Part shown: positions 25,128 through 38,272 of the stretch, in pieces
Position numbering within the stretch: position 1 is the stretch's first letter
Layout: each line of letters starts with the position of its first letter
Translations under genes and position numbers: made by a program
The notes under the pieces: model-generated
The model's input: the letters and a program-made list of their open reading frames with translations, nothing else
Databases searched by the model: none
Told to the model about the DNA's origin: nothing
NCBI GenBank assembly: GCA_950097015.1
Contig: CATNEN010000029.1
Span: forward strand, 6,200,001-6,264,000
DNA: 64,000 nt
Direction of reading: 5' to 3'
From: Macrostomum hystrix
Lineage: Eukaryota; Animalia; Platyhelminthes

Positions 25128-26632
25128 ATTGCAGTCACAAACTAGCGCCTGAAACTGAATTGCAGACACAAACTAGCGCCTAAAACTGAATTGCAGACAC
25201 AAACTAGCGCCTAAAACTGAATTGCAGTCACAAACCAGCGCCTGAAACTGAATTGCAGACACAAACTAGCGCCTGAAACTGAATTGCAGTCACAAACCAG
25301 CGCCTGAAACTGAATTGCAGTCACAAACTAGCGCCTGAAACTGAATTGCAGTCACAAACTAGCGCCTGAAACTGAATTGCAGACACAAACTAGCGCCTGA
25401 AACTGAATTGCAGACACAAACTAGCGCCTGAAACTGAATTGCAGACACAAACTAGCGCCTAAAACTGAATTGCAGTCACAAACTAGCGCCTGAAACTGAA
25501 TTGCAGTCACAAACCAGCGCCTGAAACTGAATTGCAGTCACAAACTAGCGCCTGAAACTGAATTGCAGTCACAAACTAGCGCCTGAAACTGAATTGCAGT
25601 CACAAACTAGCGCCTGAAACTGAATTGCAGTCACAAACTAGCGCCTGAAACTGAATTGCAGACACAAACCAGCGCCTGAAACTGAATTGCAGACACAAAC
25701 CAGCGCCTGAAACTGAATTGCAGTCACAAACTAGCGCCTGAAACTGAATTGCAGACACAAACCAGCGCCTAAAACTGAATTACAGTCACAAACTAGCGCC
25801 TAAAACTGAATTACAGTCACAAACTAGCGCCTGAAACTGAATTACAGTCACAAACTAGCGCCTAAAACTGAATTGCAGTCACAAACCAGCGCCTAAAACT
25901 GAATTACAGTCACAAACTAGCGCCTAAAACTGAATTGCAGTCACAAACCAGCGCCTAAAACTGAATTGCAGTCACAAACTAGCGCCTGAAACTGAATTGC
26001 AGTCACAAACTAGCGCCTAAAACTGAATTGCAGACACAAACTAGCGCCTAAAACTGAATTGCAGTCACAAACTAGCGCCTAAAACTGAATTACAGTCACA
26101 AACTAGCGCCTAAAACTGAATTACAGTCACAAACTAGCGCCTAAAACTGAATTGCAGTCACAAACTAGCGCCTGAAACTGAATTGCAGTCACAAACTAGC
26201 GCCTGAAACTGAATTGCAGTCACAAACTAGCGCCTGAAACTGAATTGCAGACACAAACTAGCGCCTGAAACTGAATTGCAGTCACAAACCAGCGCCTGAA
26301 ACTGAATTGCAGTCACAAACTAGCGCCTGAAACTGAATTACAGTCACAAACCAGCGCCTGAAACTGAATTGCAGTCACAAACTAGCGCCTGAAACTGAAT
26401 TGCAGTCACAAACTAGCGCCTAAAACTGAATTGCAGACACAAACTAGCGCCTGAAACTGAATTGCAGACACAAACTAGCGCCTGAAACTGAATTGCAGAC
26501 ACAAACTAGCGCCTGAAACTGAATTGCAGACACAAACCAGCGCCTGAAACTGAATTGCAGACACAAACCAGCGCCTGAAACTGAATTGCAGACACAAACC
26601 AGAGACCCAAAATTGAATTGCAGTCACAAATC
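25128..26632. repeat. 31-bp array (aaactagcgcctgaaactgaattgcagtcac) in GPCR intron 2
   Basis: About 48 copies. Confidence 0.97.
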
Positions 26633-26700
26633 CAAAGACCCAGAGACAAACAACACCTGTATAAAGCTGTACAGTCCGTGGACGGAACCATTTCACCAAC

Positions 26701-27169
26701 CTTGCGCCTAGTCATGACCCGATCATAATTGTAGGGCCACTTGATCTGGTGCAGTTTGTCCAGTCCGATGGCCAATGTGAAGCACAGGGCGGTCGTGATG
26801 GTCAGGTAGTAAATCCAGGCTCCAATGTCCAACTCTGCCGTTGTCTGCGGACCGTAGCCCGTGACGGCGTAGCGAAAGCAGAATGCCAGAAACCACAGGC
26901 CGGTGCCGAGGTCGCTCAGGGCCAGGCAGAGCATGTAGATGCCTTGATTGTTACGCAGAGCTGGTGTCTGGTACACAATCACGATCACTAGCAGGTTGGC
27001 AGGCACAGCCAGCAGGGACACCAGGAATACCACGACAGCGCGCCACCATGCCGAGTCGATGTCCCGCATTGGGCCGCAGCCGGAACAGTCGTCCCATTCC
27101 AGGCTGGCATTCTTGAAGCAGTGCTGCTGCTGCTGATGCTGCTGCTGCTGATCGACTAGGAGGCCGCTA
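26701..27169 (-). CDS. Orphan class A GPCR, exon 2 (N-terminus, TM1-TM3, ICL2)
   Basis: Acceptor actttcag|T. TM1 ...AVPANLLVIVIV, then TM2 GIYMLCLALSDL, TM3 ...LAIGLDKL and ICL2 HQIKWPYNYDRVMTRRK. Phase-0 donor AAG|gttggt. Confidence 0.9.
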
Positions 27170-27217
27170 CTGAAAGTTTGATTGTTTTTTAATAACGATT
27201 CGGGCAAGGAAAAGTGG

Positions 27218-29135
27218 GATTCAAATAGATTGGGATTCAAATAGATTGGGATTCAAATAGATTGGGATTCAAATAGATTGGGATTCAAATAGATTGGGAT
27301 TCAAATAGAATGGGATTCAAATAGATTGGGATTCGAATGGGTTGGGATTTAAATAGATTGGGATTCAAATAGATTGGGATTCGAGTGGATTTGGATTCAA
27401 ATAGATTGGGATTCGAATGGATTGGGATTCAAATAGATTGGGATTCGAGTGGATTTGGATTCAAATAGATTGGGATTCGAATGGATTGGGATTCAAATAG
27501 ATTGGGATTCGAGTGGATTTGGATTCAAATAGATTGGGATTCGAATGGATTGGGATTCAAATAGATTGGGATTCGAATAGATTGGGATTCAAATAGATTG
27601 GGATTTGAATGGATTGGGATTCAAATAGATTGGGATTCAAATAGATTGGGATTCAAATAGATTGGGATTCAAATAGATTGGGATTCAAATAGATTGGGAT
27701 TCAAATAGATTGGGATTCGAATGGGTTGGGATTCAAATAGATTGGGATTCAAATAGATTGGGATTCAAATAGATTGGGATTCAAATAGATTGGGATTCAA
27801 ATAGAATGGGATTCAAATAGATTGGGATTCGAATGGGTTGGGATTTAAATAGATTGGGATTCAAATAGATTGGGATTCGAGTGGATTTGGATTCAAATAG
27901 ATTGGGATTCGAATGGATTGGGATTCAAATAGATTGGGATTTGAGTGGATTTGGATTCAAATAGATTGGGATTCGAATGGATTGGGATTCAAATAGATTG
28001 GGATTCGAGTGGATTTGGATTCAAATAGATTGGGATTCGAATGGATTGGGATTCAAATAGATTGGGATTCGAATAGATTGGGATTCAAATAGATTGGGAT
28101 TTGAATGGATTGGGATTCAAATAGATTGGGATTCAAATAGATTGGGATTCAAATAGATTGGGATTCAAATAGATTGGGATTCGAATGGGTTGGGATTCAA
28201 ATAGATTGGGATTCAAATAGATTGGGATCCAAATAGATTGGGATCCAAATAGATTGGGGTTCGAATGGGTAGGGATTCAAATAGATTGGGATCCAAATAG
28301 ATTGGGGTTCGAATGGGTAGGGATTCAAACAGATTGGGATTCAAATAGATTGGGATTCGAATGGATTGGGATTCAAATAGATTGGGATTCGAATGGGTTG
28401 GGATTCTAATAGATTGGGATTCAAACAGATTGGGATTCAAATAGATTGGGATTCAAATAGATTGGGATTCGAATAGATTGGGATTCAAATAGATTGGGAT
28501 CCAAATAGATTGGGATTCGAATGGGTAGGGATTCAAATAGATTGGGATCCAAATAGATTGGGGTTCGAATGGGTAGGGATTCAAATAGATTGGGATTCAA
28601 ATAGATTGGGATCCAAATAGATTGGGGTTCGAATGGGTAGGGATTCAAATAGATTGGGATTCGAATGGGTTGGGATTCTAATAGATTGGGATTCAAACAG
28701 ATTGGGATTCAAATAGATTGGGATTCAAATAGATTGGGATTCGAATAGATTGGGATTCAAATAGATTGGGATTCAAATAGATTGGGATTCGAATAGATTG
28801 GGATTCAAACAGATTGGGATTCAAATAGATTGGGATCCAAATAGATTGGGATTCGAATGGATTGGGATTCAAATAGATTGGGATTCAAATAGATTGGGAT
28901 CCAAATAGATTGGGATTCGAATAGATTGGGATTCTAATAGATTGGGATTCAAACAGATTGGGATTCAAATAGATTGGGATTCAAATAGATTAGGATTCAA
29001 ATAGATTGGGATTCAAATAGATTGGGATTCGAATAGATTGGGATTCAAATAGTTTGGGATCTAAATAGATTGGGATCCAAATAGATTGGGATTCAAATAG
29101 ATTAGGATTCGAGTGGGTTGGGATTAGAATAGATT
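27218..29135. repeat. 16-bp array (gggattcaaatagatt) filling GPCR intron 1
   Basis: About 120 copies. Confidence 0.97.
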
Positions 29136-29255
29136 AAGATTCAAGAGAGCCATATTTGGCCACAAGAGTTAAATCTCCAATGCACCCGGAAACTGCACTC
29201 GGTTCCAGTCAAGTACGCTACAGTCTATTCCTGTGAGTGTTTCTCTTTCACTTAC

Positions 29256-29266
29256 CTATTGTTCAT
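29256..29266 (-). CDS. Orphan class A GPCR, coding exon 1 (ATG AAC AAT AG)
   Basis: On the minus strand accATGAACAATAG|gtaagt is a consensus phase-2 donor. It joins in frame to the phase-2 acceptor at 27169 and gives MNNSSGLL, a typical N-glycosylated GPCR N-terminus. Confidence 0.7.
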
Positions 29267-29756
29267 GGTCGAAGCCGGCGTGCTGAAGAGCTGCTTCCAG
29301 ACTGGATCGTGAACAGAGAAGACAATCTAGCAGTGAGGCGAGGTGAAAGCGAGAGGATAAAAATCCCCCTGACGGGCTAGCCTGACGTTGCTGCCTTATC
29401 GGGCTGTGATTGGCTGGTTTGTTGAGGCACTGCCAGGGGCTGTGTTTTAGCGATCGGCACATCCTCCTGTGTCTTTCCCCACCCCAACCCTGATTCCCTT
29501 GCCAAATCCTTCCAGAAGCAGCCAGTGGAATTGGCTACCTGTTTACTTCCTGTCACCTTCCTTCCTCATTTCGCTAGCTAATCGCAAACCAAGTTGTACT
29601 ACTTCAAGTGGAGTACTTAGCGTTTCAAACCAACAAATAGTTGTCAGATTTGAGCAACATTGCTTCTGTGTAACATTTTCAAGCTAATAATTTTTCAATT
29701 ATAGTTTTAAGCTACTCTTTACATATATGTATTAAGGTATACGTTCAAGCTATGGG

Positions 29757-29885
29757 ACTGGAGCATTGTGGTTAGAGCGTCGGACTCACGACTTGAAGGT
29801 CGGGGGTTCGATTCTCGACTCCACTCGAACAATTTCTGTCCTTTAGCAAGACACTTAACTCTGCATTGCTTCAGTTCACCCAGCT
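29757..29885 (+). mobile_element. SINE copy (same family, 3' truncated)
   Basis: Near-identical head and body to the copy at 6800. Confidence 0.8.
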
Positions 29886-30559
29886 AGAGAGAATGAATCA
29901 AGTTAAACAATAAGTTAATAGAAGAGGAAATTAAAGTTAAATATCTGAGTATTAACTGCTGATTTATATAGATGCCGGCGGTCCCTAAAAGGGCCGTTTT
30001 CATTTTGTTGCATCGCATGCAGATGGCATGTACGCTCGAGCGCAGAACGCGTCCTACACTAATTTTCCGCTCAATGAGAGTTAGTGAGCGAGTGTGACTT
30101 TCGAGTGAGTCACACCAATTCCTCCTCTTCCCTCCTTGGCAATCTCATTATTATCTGCTTTTTTGCTTCGTCAAAAACTAATTCGAAAAAGCCATCCCAT
30201 CACACTCAGCGGTGTCTTCCCACCTCTGTCTGGCTACTATGGGTGGAAAGTCTGCGAGATTGAAGTCAGCTGCTGATAAGGAAAGGGACAGGCTACAGCT
30301 ACAGCTGTGAGTCACACTCGTGGGGTGTGAGTCGCAAAACGATCTCACGGGTGTCATGCGGTAGGAAGGACCAAAGCAAAGATTTGTCCAATCCTCTAGG
30401 AGTGAGACATTTCTAATGGATGACGCAACCAGGAGCATCTACTGCTAGTCCACTTCAATCACTCACTTTCTCCTAGGGGAGGGGCAATTTTTCCCTGCTG
30501 TCCCGCCTTCCTGCCTGACCTACTGAGATTGACTCAAATCAATCCGAAGGAATTTGGCC

Positions 30560-31740
30560 CTGCTATTCTACAAGCTTAGTATAGCGAGAAAGTCAATTTA
30601 ACCAGTTTCCCCGCCACTACCGGGGCTATTCTACAAGCTTAGTATAGCGAGAAAGTCAATTTAACCAGTTTCCCCGCCACTACCGGGGCTATTCTACAAG
30701 CTTAGTATAGCGAGAAAGTCAATTTAACCAATTTCCCCGCCACTACCGAAGTCTCAGCAGCGGAAGGAAGTCTTGTTCTTGCCTGAACTTGCTTTCGAAC
30801 TAATCTGTGACTGTCCTCATTCTGTCTGTGACTGTCCTCATTCTGTGGCCCTGCTATTCTACAAGCTTAGTATAGCCAGAAAGTCAATTTAACCAATTTC
30901 CCCGCCACTACCGAAGTCTCAGCAGCGGAAGGAAGTCTTGTTCTTGCCTGAACTTGCTTTCGAACTAATCTGTGACTGTCCTCATTCTGTCTGTGACTGT
31001 CCTCATTCTGTCTGTGACTGTCCTCATTTTGTGGCCCTGCTATTCTACAAGCTTAGTATAGCGAGAAAGTCAATTTAACCAATTTCCCCGCCACTACCGA
31101 AGTCTCAGCAGCGGAAGGAAGTCTTGTTCTTGCCTGAACTTGCTTTCGAACTAATCTGTGACTGTCCTCATTCTGTCTGTGACTGTCCTCATTCTGTCTG
31201 TGACTGTCCTCATTCTGTCTGTGACTGTCCCCATTCTGTCTGTGACTGTCCCCATTCTGTCTGTGACTGTCCCCCATTCTGTCTGTGACTGTCCCCCATT
31301 CTGTCTGTGACTGTCCCCATTCTGTCTGTGACTGTCCCAATTCTGTCTGTGACTGTCCCCCATTCTGTCTGTGACTGTCCCCATTCTGTCTGTGACTGTC
31401 CCCCATTCTGTCTGTGACTGTCCCCCATTCTGTCTGTGACTGTCCCCATTCTGTCTGTGACTGTCCCCCATTCTGTCTGTGACTGTCCTCATTCTGTCTG
31501 TGACTGTCCTCATTCTGTGGCCCTGCTATTCTACAAGCTTAGTATAGCGAGCAAGTCAATTTAACCAATTTCCCCGCCACTACCGAAGTCTCAGCAGCGG
31601 AAGGAAGTCTTGTTCTTGCCTGAACTTGCTTTCGAACTAGTCTGTGACTGTCCTCATTCTGTCTGTGACTGTCCTCATTCTGTCTGTGACTGTCCCCATT
31701 CTCTCTGTGACTGTCCCCCATTCTGTCTGTGACTGTCCCC
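30560..31740. repeat. Composite nested repeat (58-bp unit, about 60-bp cassette and 21-23-bp minisatellite)
   Basis: Cassette gaagtctcagcagcggaagg recurs four times, each with a variable number of tctgtctgtgactgtccc units. Confidence 0.92.
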
Positions 31741-32668
31741 CCATTCTGTGACTATCCCCATTCCGAAACTATCCCCATTCTGTGACTATCCCCATTCCGA
31801 AACTATCCCCATTCTGTGACTGTCCCCATTCCGAAACTATCCCCATTCTGTGACTGTCCCCATTCCGAAACTATCCCCATTCTGTGGCTATCCCCATTCC
31901 GAAACTATCCCCATTCTGTGACTGTCCCCATTCCGAAACTATCCCCATTCTGTGACTATCCCCATTCCGAAACTATCCCCATTCTGTGACTGTCCCCATT
32001 CCGAAACTATCCCCATTCTGTGACTATCCCCATTCCGAAACTATCCCCATTCTGTGACTGTCCCCATTCCGAAACTATCCCCATTCTGTGACTGTCCCCA
32101 TTCCGAAACTATCCCCATTCTGTGACTGTCCCCATTCCGAAACTATCCCCATTCTGTGACTATCCCCATTCCGAAACTATCCCCATTCTGTGACTATCCC
32201 CATTCCGAAACTATCCCCATTCTGTGACTGTCCCCATTCCGAAACTATCCCCATTCTGTGACTGTCCCCATTCCGAAACTATCCCCATTCTGTGACTATC
32301 CCCATTCCGAAACTATCCCCATTCTGTGACTGTCCCCATTCCGAAACTATCCCCATTCTGTGACTGTCCCCATTCCGAAACTATCCCCATTCTGTGACTG
32401 TCCCCATTCCGAAACTATCCCCATTCTGTGACTATCCCCATTCCGAAACTATCCCCATTCTGTGACTGTCCCCATTCCGAAACTATCCCCATTCTGTGAC
32501 TATCCCCATTCCGAAACTGTCCCCATTCTGTGACTGTCCCCATTCCGAAACTATCCCCATTCTGTGACTATCCCCATTCCGAAACTATCCCCATTCTGTG
32601 ACTATCCCCATTCCGAAACTATCCCCATTCTGTGACTATCCCCATTCCGAAACTATCCCCATTCTGTC
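31741..32668. repeat. 34-bp dimeric array (ccccattctgtgactgt + ccccattccgaaactat)
   Basis: Alternating 17-bp monomers, about 27 dimers. Confidence 0.95.
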
Positions 32669-33179
32669 TGTCACTTCGTCCCAAAGTACACCCAATATTT
32701 TAGAAAGCAAGTTTGTTTTTAAGCTTTTTATTTGAAGGCAACAGTTTTCAAAAGACAGCTGACAAAAAGGACATTTTGTACTAAGATTTATTTATAAGCT
32801 AACATGCTATAGTTGTTGAATGTTATTTAATGGTTGTCGTACTTCTGTATTGACAAGCAGTATTACCTATTTACAATCATTTAGCATTAATAGCCTATAC
32901 TGGAGAAAATTATGGATTAAGCAAGTAATTGATTGCAGTAATAGTTTTGCGCCAGATTTTTTCGGTGAATGCAGTAAACTTGACAACAAGTGCGCCTGTG
33001 TACACGTGAACTAATTATACAAAAGCACTGCTATGAGAGCAAAATATAGTTTTATTGACATCCGCAGTGCTTTTTACTAGTGAGTTCATAATAAGAACTA
33101 AATCTTCTTCAATTATCGCTTTGTGTACTCATTTAACGAAATATATACATTACAAAACCAACAAAATAACGAACTGTCG

Positions 33180-33305
33180 GATCGTCGAATTCTTTGAATC
33201 TCCTAATTTCCGAATCTTCGAATCTCCGAATCCCCGAATTTCCGAATTTTCCGAATTTTCTGAATTTCCGAAATTTCCGACTCTCCGAATCTCCGAGTAA
33301 CCGAA
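33180..33305. repeat. Degenerate short (tccgaat-based) repeat 3' of the TRIM9 stop
   Basis: Repeated tccgaat/ttcgaat words. Confidence 0.65.
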
Positions 33306-33373
33306 TCTAACAATGTTCACTGAGTACAAACAGACTCTAGTTACTTGGGCTACTCAGTTTTCAGTTGCTAGGC

Positions 33374-33681
33374 TCACTCCTCTGAGCTCTCCTCAGACTC
33401 AGACGGCACCTCAAGTCCCGGCCGCAACGTGAGCTGCACATTTCGGCTGAGATTCACTGCCGGATGCAGTGGCCCGAGGCCGCAGAGGCCGGCGAAGGCG
33501 ACTGGCCCGTGCGGCTCGTCGTTGACGTAGTAAGACAGGCAGCCCTTGTCGCAGTCCAGCCGAACGCCGATGACGGCGCCTTTGGCGATGCCACCGTCGC
33601 ATCTGTCAGAGTGCTCGCCGGCGTGAAGAAACCAGCTGCGCTTGAAGTCAATGTACATTGACCAAGAGTGCGCGTCACGGC
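33374..33681 (-). CDS. TRIM9: TRIM9 exon 7 (SPRY C-terminus, stop)
   Basis: tcgcag|GRDAHSWSMYIDFKRSWFLH...GGIAKGAVIGVRLD...HPAVNLSRNVQLTL...stop. The seven exons sum to 2043 nt = 680 aa. Confidence 0.93.
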
Positions 33682-33706
33682 CTGCGAGTTTCAATAGGGT
33701 TTAAAT

Positions 33707-33742
33707 AGATCTATCTATTAGATAAATCTATCTATCTACATG

Positions 33743-33782
<40 letters not shown>

Positions 33783-33783
33783 C
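33707..33783. repeat. (TCTA)n microsatellite
   Basis: Direct reading, next to the last TRIM9 acceptor. Confidence 0.9.
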
Positions 33784-34169
33784 ATTTTTAAATTATCAAA
33801 GCTCATTGTTCTATTTTTGTCTAGTTTTGAAGTTATGTAATTATAAATGACAAAATACCTGTAGTTAGTTACCAAGGTTCTGTTTTAGAGTTCCCAGCAT
33901 GCGGTTACCAGCATGCGAGTTAGCTCAAGCTAAACATTCAGCTAGTCTTTGTTAGTTGCGGCATTTTATAAAAATGATCATTCTGCTTAAAACATTCTTT
34001 TGCTAAGTTTTGGGGGTTGTTTTACCTAAAAACAGCTATTCTAGTTAAGCTTAACTACAATTTTGTTTCAAAATCAAACTTTGATGGATAGGATGCCTGT
34101 AAGGATTCCTAATACAATTCGTATAATGGGACTCTTCCCATTTTTAGATACCTTGCTCTACTAAGTATT

Positions 34170-34592
34170 TTATCTCTCATCTCTATCTCTTATCTCTTAT
34201 CTCTATCTCTTATCTCTTATCTCTTATCTCTTATCTCTTATCTCTATCTCTTATCTCTTATCTCTTATCTCTTATCTCTTATCTCTTATCTCTTATCTCT
34301 TATCTCTATCTCTTATCTCTTATCTCTTATCTCTTATCTCTTATCTCTATCTCTTATATCTTATCTCTTATCTCTTATCTCTTATCTCTTATCTCTCATC
34401 TCCTATCTCTTATCTCTCATCTCTATCTCTTATCTCTCATCTCTATCTCTTATCTCTCATCTCTATCTCTTATCTCTCATCTCTATCTCTTATCTCTCAT
34501 CTCTATCTCTTATCTCTCATCTCTATCTCTTATCTCTCATCTCTCATCTCTATCTCTTATCTCTCATCTCTATCTCTTATCTCTCATCTCTC
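34170..34592. repeat. (TCTTATC)n / (TCTCATC)n simple repeat
   Basis: Direct reading. Confidence 0.95.
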
Positions 34593-35599
34593 ATGCAGCC
34601 GCAGCAGCAGCAGCAGCGGAGGACAAACACGCGGTAAGTGCACCTAGGCACATTGCAATTGCATAGGAAATCTACAGACAGACCAAAACACCGTGGATTT
34701 TGGCGATTGCCATCGAAGGCGCAGTTGAACATGTTTAAGTGGCACTTACTACTGCCCAAATTCGACAGAGAATGCATACTTGAATCGTGTAGGCCGTTTA
34801 TTTGACCAACTATAAAGGTAGCTCCCATCAAGCGACTCATTCTCTGGCAGGAAAATATAGCCTTCCTAATTGCTGAGCACACACACGCCCGTACATTATT
34901 TTCCAGTTATGGTCACTGAAAAAAAGACATGCAAACAGAAATAATTGACTAAGGCAAGCAGCAGAAAGGCTAGAATGTTTTTGTGTTTTACATGGCATGT
35001 GTGTGCTTGGTACTTCAATGATCAGCTGGAAACTATATGGCTACCTGCGTGAGCATAGGGATTCGGTTTAGATATTGGGCTTCACCTCAACCCCCCCCCT
35101 AGTTACCAAAACTGTAATTGAGGATCTAAGCGACTTCCGCTGGGGGTGGGGGATATCCTGTTTTCTAGGGGATCTAAGAAGTATTGGGGATCAGCTCTCT
35201 CTTAGATTGCACGGCCCGCTTGACCAGTGCCCATTAGACGGTTTCGGGCACTGCATGGTGAAACAGGAAGTTCGCCGAATGTAGAAGTTAAGGCAACTCG
35301 GAGGAAGGAGTTAGTTTGGACTTTGGCCTCTTTTTTCCACTGCCCCTGTTTCCTGATCGACTCAAGGGGAAATTGTGTTTCAGTTCCAGCGGGAGCCTTC
35401 CGAGAAGGATTTGTAGTGGGGACATTTCTGTGGCGCGGGAAGGATTGACCCGAGCACTGATTTCAGAATTACATTGTTATGCCAATAAAACTAGGGGCAC
35501 TCTATTCAGTGCCTGATTCTGTTCGGTCAAAAACTAACGAATAAACGGAGAGACTGAGAAAGATTGAGGGAACGAGGAGAAGGGAAGAAAGAGGAGGGT

Positions 35600-36390
35600 A
35601 GATAGAGGAGTCGATATAGGAGTAGATAGAGGAGTAGATAGACAACTAGATATAGGAGTAGATAGAGGAGTAGATAGAGGAGTAGATAGAGGAGTAGATA
35701 AAGGAGTAGATAGATAAATAGATATAGGAGTAGATAGAGGAGTAGATATAGGAGTAGATAGATAAATAGATATAGGAGTAGATAGAGGAGTAGATATAGG
35801 AGTAGATAAAGGAGTAGATAGACAACTAGATATAGGAGTAGATAGAGGAGTAGATAGAGGAGTAGATAAAGGAGTAGATAAAGGAGTAGATAGATAAATA
35901 GATATATGAGTAGATAGAGGAGTAGATAGACAAATAGATATAGGAGTAGATAGAGGAGTAGATAGAGGAGTAGATAGAGGAGTAGATAGAGGAGTAGATA
36001 GATAAATAGATATAGGAGTAGATAGATAAATAGATATAGGAGTAGATAGAGGGGTAGATAGAGGAGTAGATATAGGAGTAGATAGAGGAGTAGATAGACA
36101 AATAGATATAGGAGTAGATAGAGGGGTAGATATAGGAGTAGATAAAGGAGTAGATAGAGGAGTAGATAGACAAATAGATATAGGAGTAGATAAAGGAGTA
36201 GATAAAGGAGTAGATAGAGAAGTAGATATAGGAGTAGATAAAGGAGTAGATAGAGAAGTAGATAGAGAAGTAGATAGAGGAGTAGATAAAGATGTCGATT
36301 AAGGAGTCGATAGATAAGTAGATAGATAAGAAGATAGAAGAGTATAGATATAGTAGTAGATAGTGCAGTGGATTGAGGAGTAGATGCAAT
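35600..36390. repeat. 12-bp purine-rich repeat (gagtagatagag)
   Basis: Direct reading. Confidence 0.93.
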
Positions 36391-37682
36391 AGTGGATAAT
36401 CAGAGGCTAGCAGGCCGCAGGGCAGGAGAGCTCACAATTTGGAGTCTCAAAGCCTAGGCGAGCCGGCGACTTTGGCTTCTTCTGCGTTGGTTTGGCGACA
36501 ACCTGGCGGCCGTCAAGGCGCGGCTAACCTCAAAGGACTAGAAGAGAGAGAATAATGAAGCACAGCGGCGCTCCCACTCTCCCCCCCCAACCCCCCTACT
36601 GTTGCCAAGAGGTCATAAAAACGTTCCCTACTCAATCCCAATCCATATATTACAGGCTAACACAGTGCGTTGGACACACATGCGGGCATGCGGCACAAGA
36701 GTCTGAGAGAGAGAGAGAGAGGGCGAGTGAGTCATGCGAGGTCAACGAAAACAACTAACTCTCTTTCTCTTCTCTCTCTCAGTCGGACATGAATTGGCAT
36801 TGAGCAAGCTAGCTCAAACCGCACGCACACACACACACACACACTTGACTATGGCCCACTGCTAAGCATTGCAAACACAGTCGGCTGGGCATCACTTTAG
36901 CGTGGGAGGTCGACGGCCTTGTCGAGGCAATGGAGAAACTAGACTAGAGGCAGAAGAGGCCGTCGGGAGGCTGTGAATACGTGTGCGTGTTTTTTTAAGG
37001 CCGGCAAGAATAAAGGCTGTGTGTGTGTCGGAAATCGTGCTCAATTCGGAACAAGAGACAGAAAAGGGATTATAATAAATGTGGGTTTCTCTACCCCCTT
37101 CCAAGCTCAGTTCGTGGTTTCCTCCTCTTTTCTCGCTGCAGAAGCAGCTGCTGAGGTTCAAATTTCTCCTTAAATCTCTTCCCATTTACCGAAAAAATCC
37201 GACTTTTGTAGCCGAGGCCAAAGTGCAGCGCTTTGTCTACACAGGTTTTCAAACAGAAATACGAAGTCTAACGGTGGTAAGGAAGATTGAGAGTTATTTT
37301 TTGTTTTACGCTCGTAAATAATCAGTAATATATATTTCTCAATAGAAATTTTTAATATAAAATTGACTAGCTTAATCTGGTCTTTTAATAAAATTTTCAT
37401 TCAGCTCTCCTGTTTATTTCTAGACTTTACTCGCCACAAAATCAAATTTGCAACAAACCATCTGTCTCTTCATTTCTAGCCCCTTCGACGATGCTGATTG
37501 GCTCAGTCAGATAGATGTTGAGCTTATCTTTCTTACCAGTTCGAGAGCTCCTATTGGCTGACACTTCTACCCCACCACCCCCACGCTGACCACCAACCCC
37601 TCCGCCCAACTTCTGCCCCTTTCGAAGAGACATTCTTGGCTAGTGCAACCCCTAAATATTTTCCTGCCATTTTATGACTCAC

Positions 37683-38046
37683 CAAGTTTCTCGTCCTTTC
37701 TACAGTCCAGCCTGGCCACGCCGAAGCCTGGATCGCCTTTATCATCGTATCGATCCACCGTGAATTCCCAGTAGTGCACGCCGCGGGAGAAGCCAACGGT
37801 GCAGATGGCTACGCGCTCCTCCAACGAGGTGGAGGTGACGGACATGCCCTGATTGGTGAACACAAGGTCCGGGTGCGAGTCCTCCGGCGAGAACTGGAAG
37901 AACGCGCGCCCGGCTGTGCGCAGTTTGACAAACTCGCTGCTGTCCGATTCGCCGGCCGAATTATGCGCCCTCACCCTGGCCTGGTACACGGTATCGAACT
38001 GTAGGCCCTGCACGCAGCACACCATCTCCTGGCCCCTGTAGCAGCG
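37683..38046 (-). CDS. TRIM9: TRIM9 exon 6 (FN3 C-half, SPRY start)
   Basis: ttccag|[29 protein letters not shown]...[25 protein letters not shown]...KL-G|gtgagt, 364 nt. Confidence 0.93.
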
Positions 38047-38154
38047 CTGGAAGTTGAAGAAGCAAAAATACTTGTGACTGTATTGGAGCTTCTACACCTA
38101 ACCAAAATTCTCCCGTCAGATAATGCTGGTAAAAAGTTTATATCTGGGTGAACT

Positions 38155-38272
38155 GAAGCGCTAGCATAAGGGTATTAAGTGGCTTGCCTAACGAGGAAAA
38201 GTGGCAAAATCTGTTAGAGATTCGAACTCCCAGCCTCTCCCGGGAGTCTCAGGCTCTAACTACAAGGCTTCA
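38155..38272 (-). mobile_element. tRNA-headed SINE, second or diverged family
   Basis: Reverse complement gccttgtagttagagc...gggagttcgaatctc...ggcaagccacttaa contains A/B-box-like motifs and a related body motif. Confidence 0.5.

Noticed and set aside
34577-34900. Exon-like GC patch with a CAG/GCA run and a gtaagt donor
   Set aside because: No recognisable homology or partner exon, and it is not needed for the complete TRIM9 reading frame.
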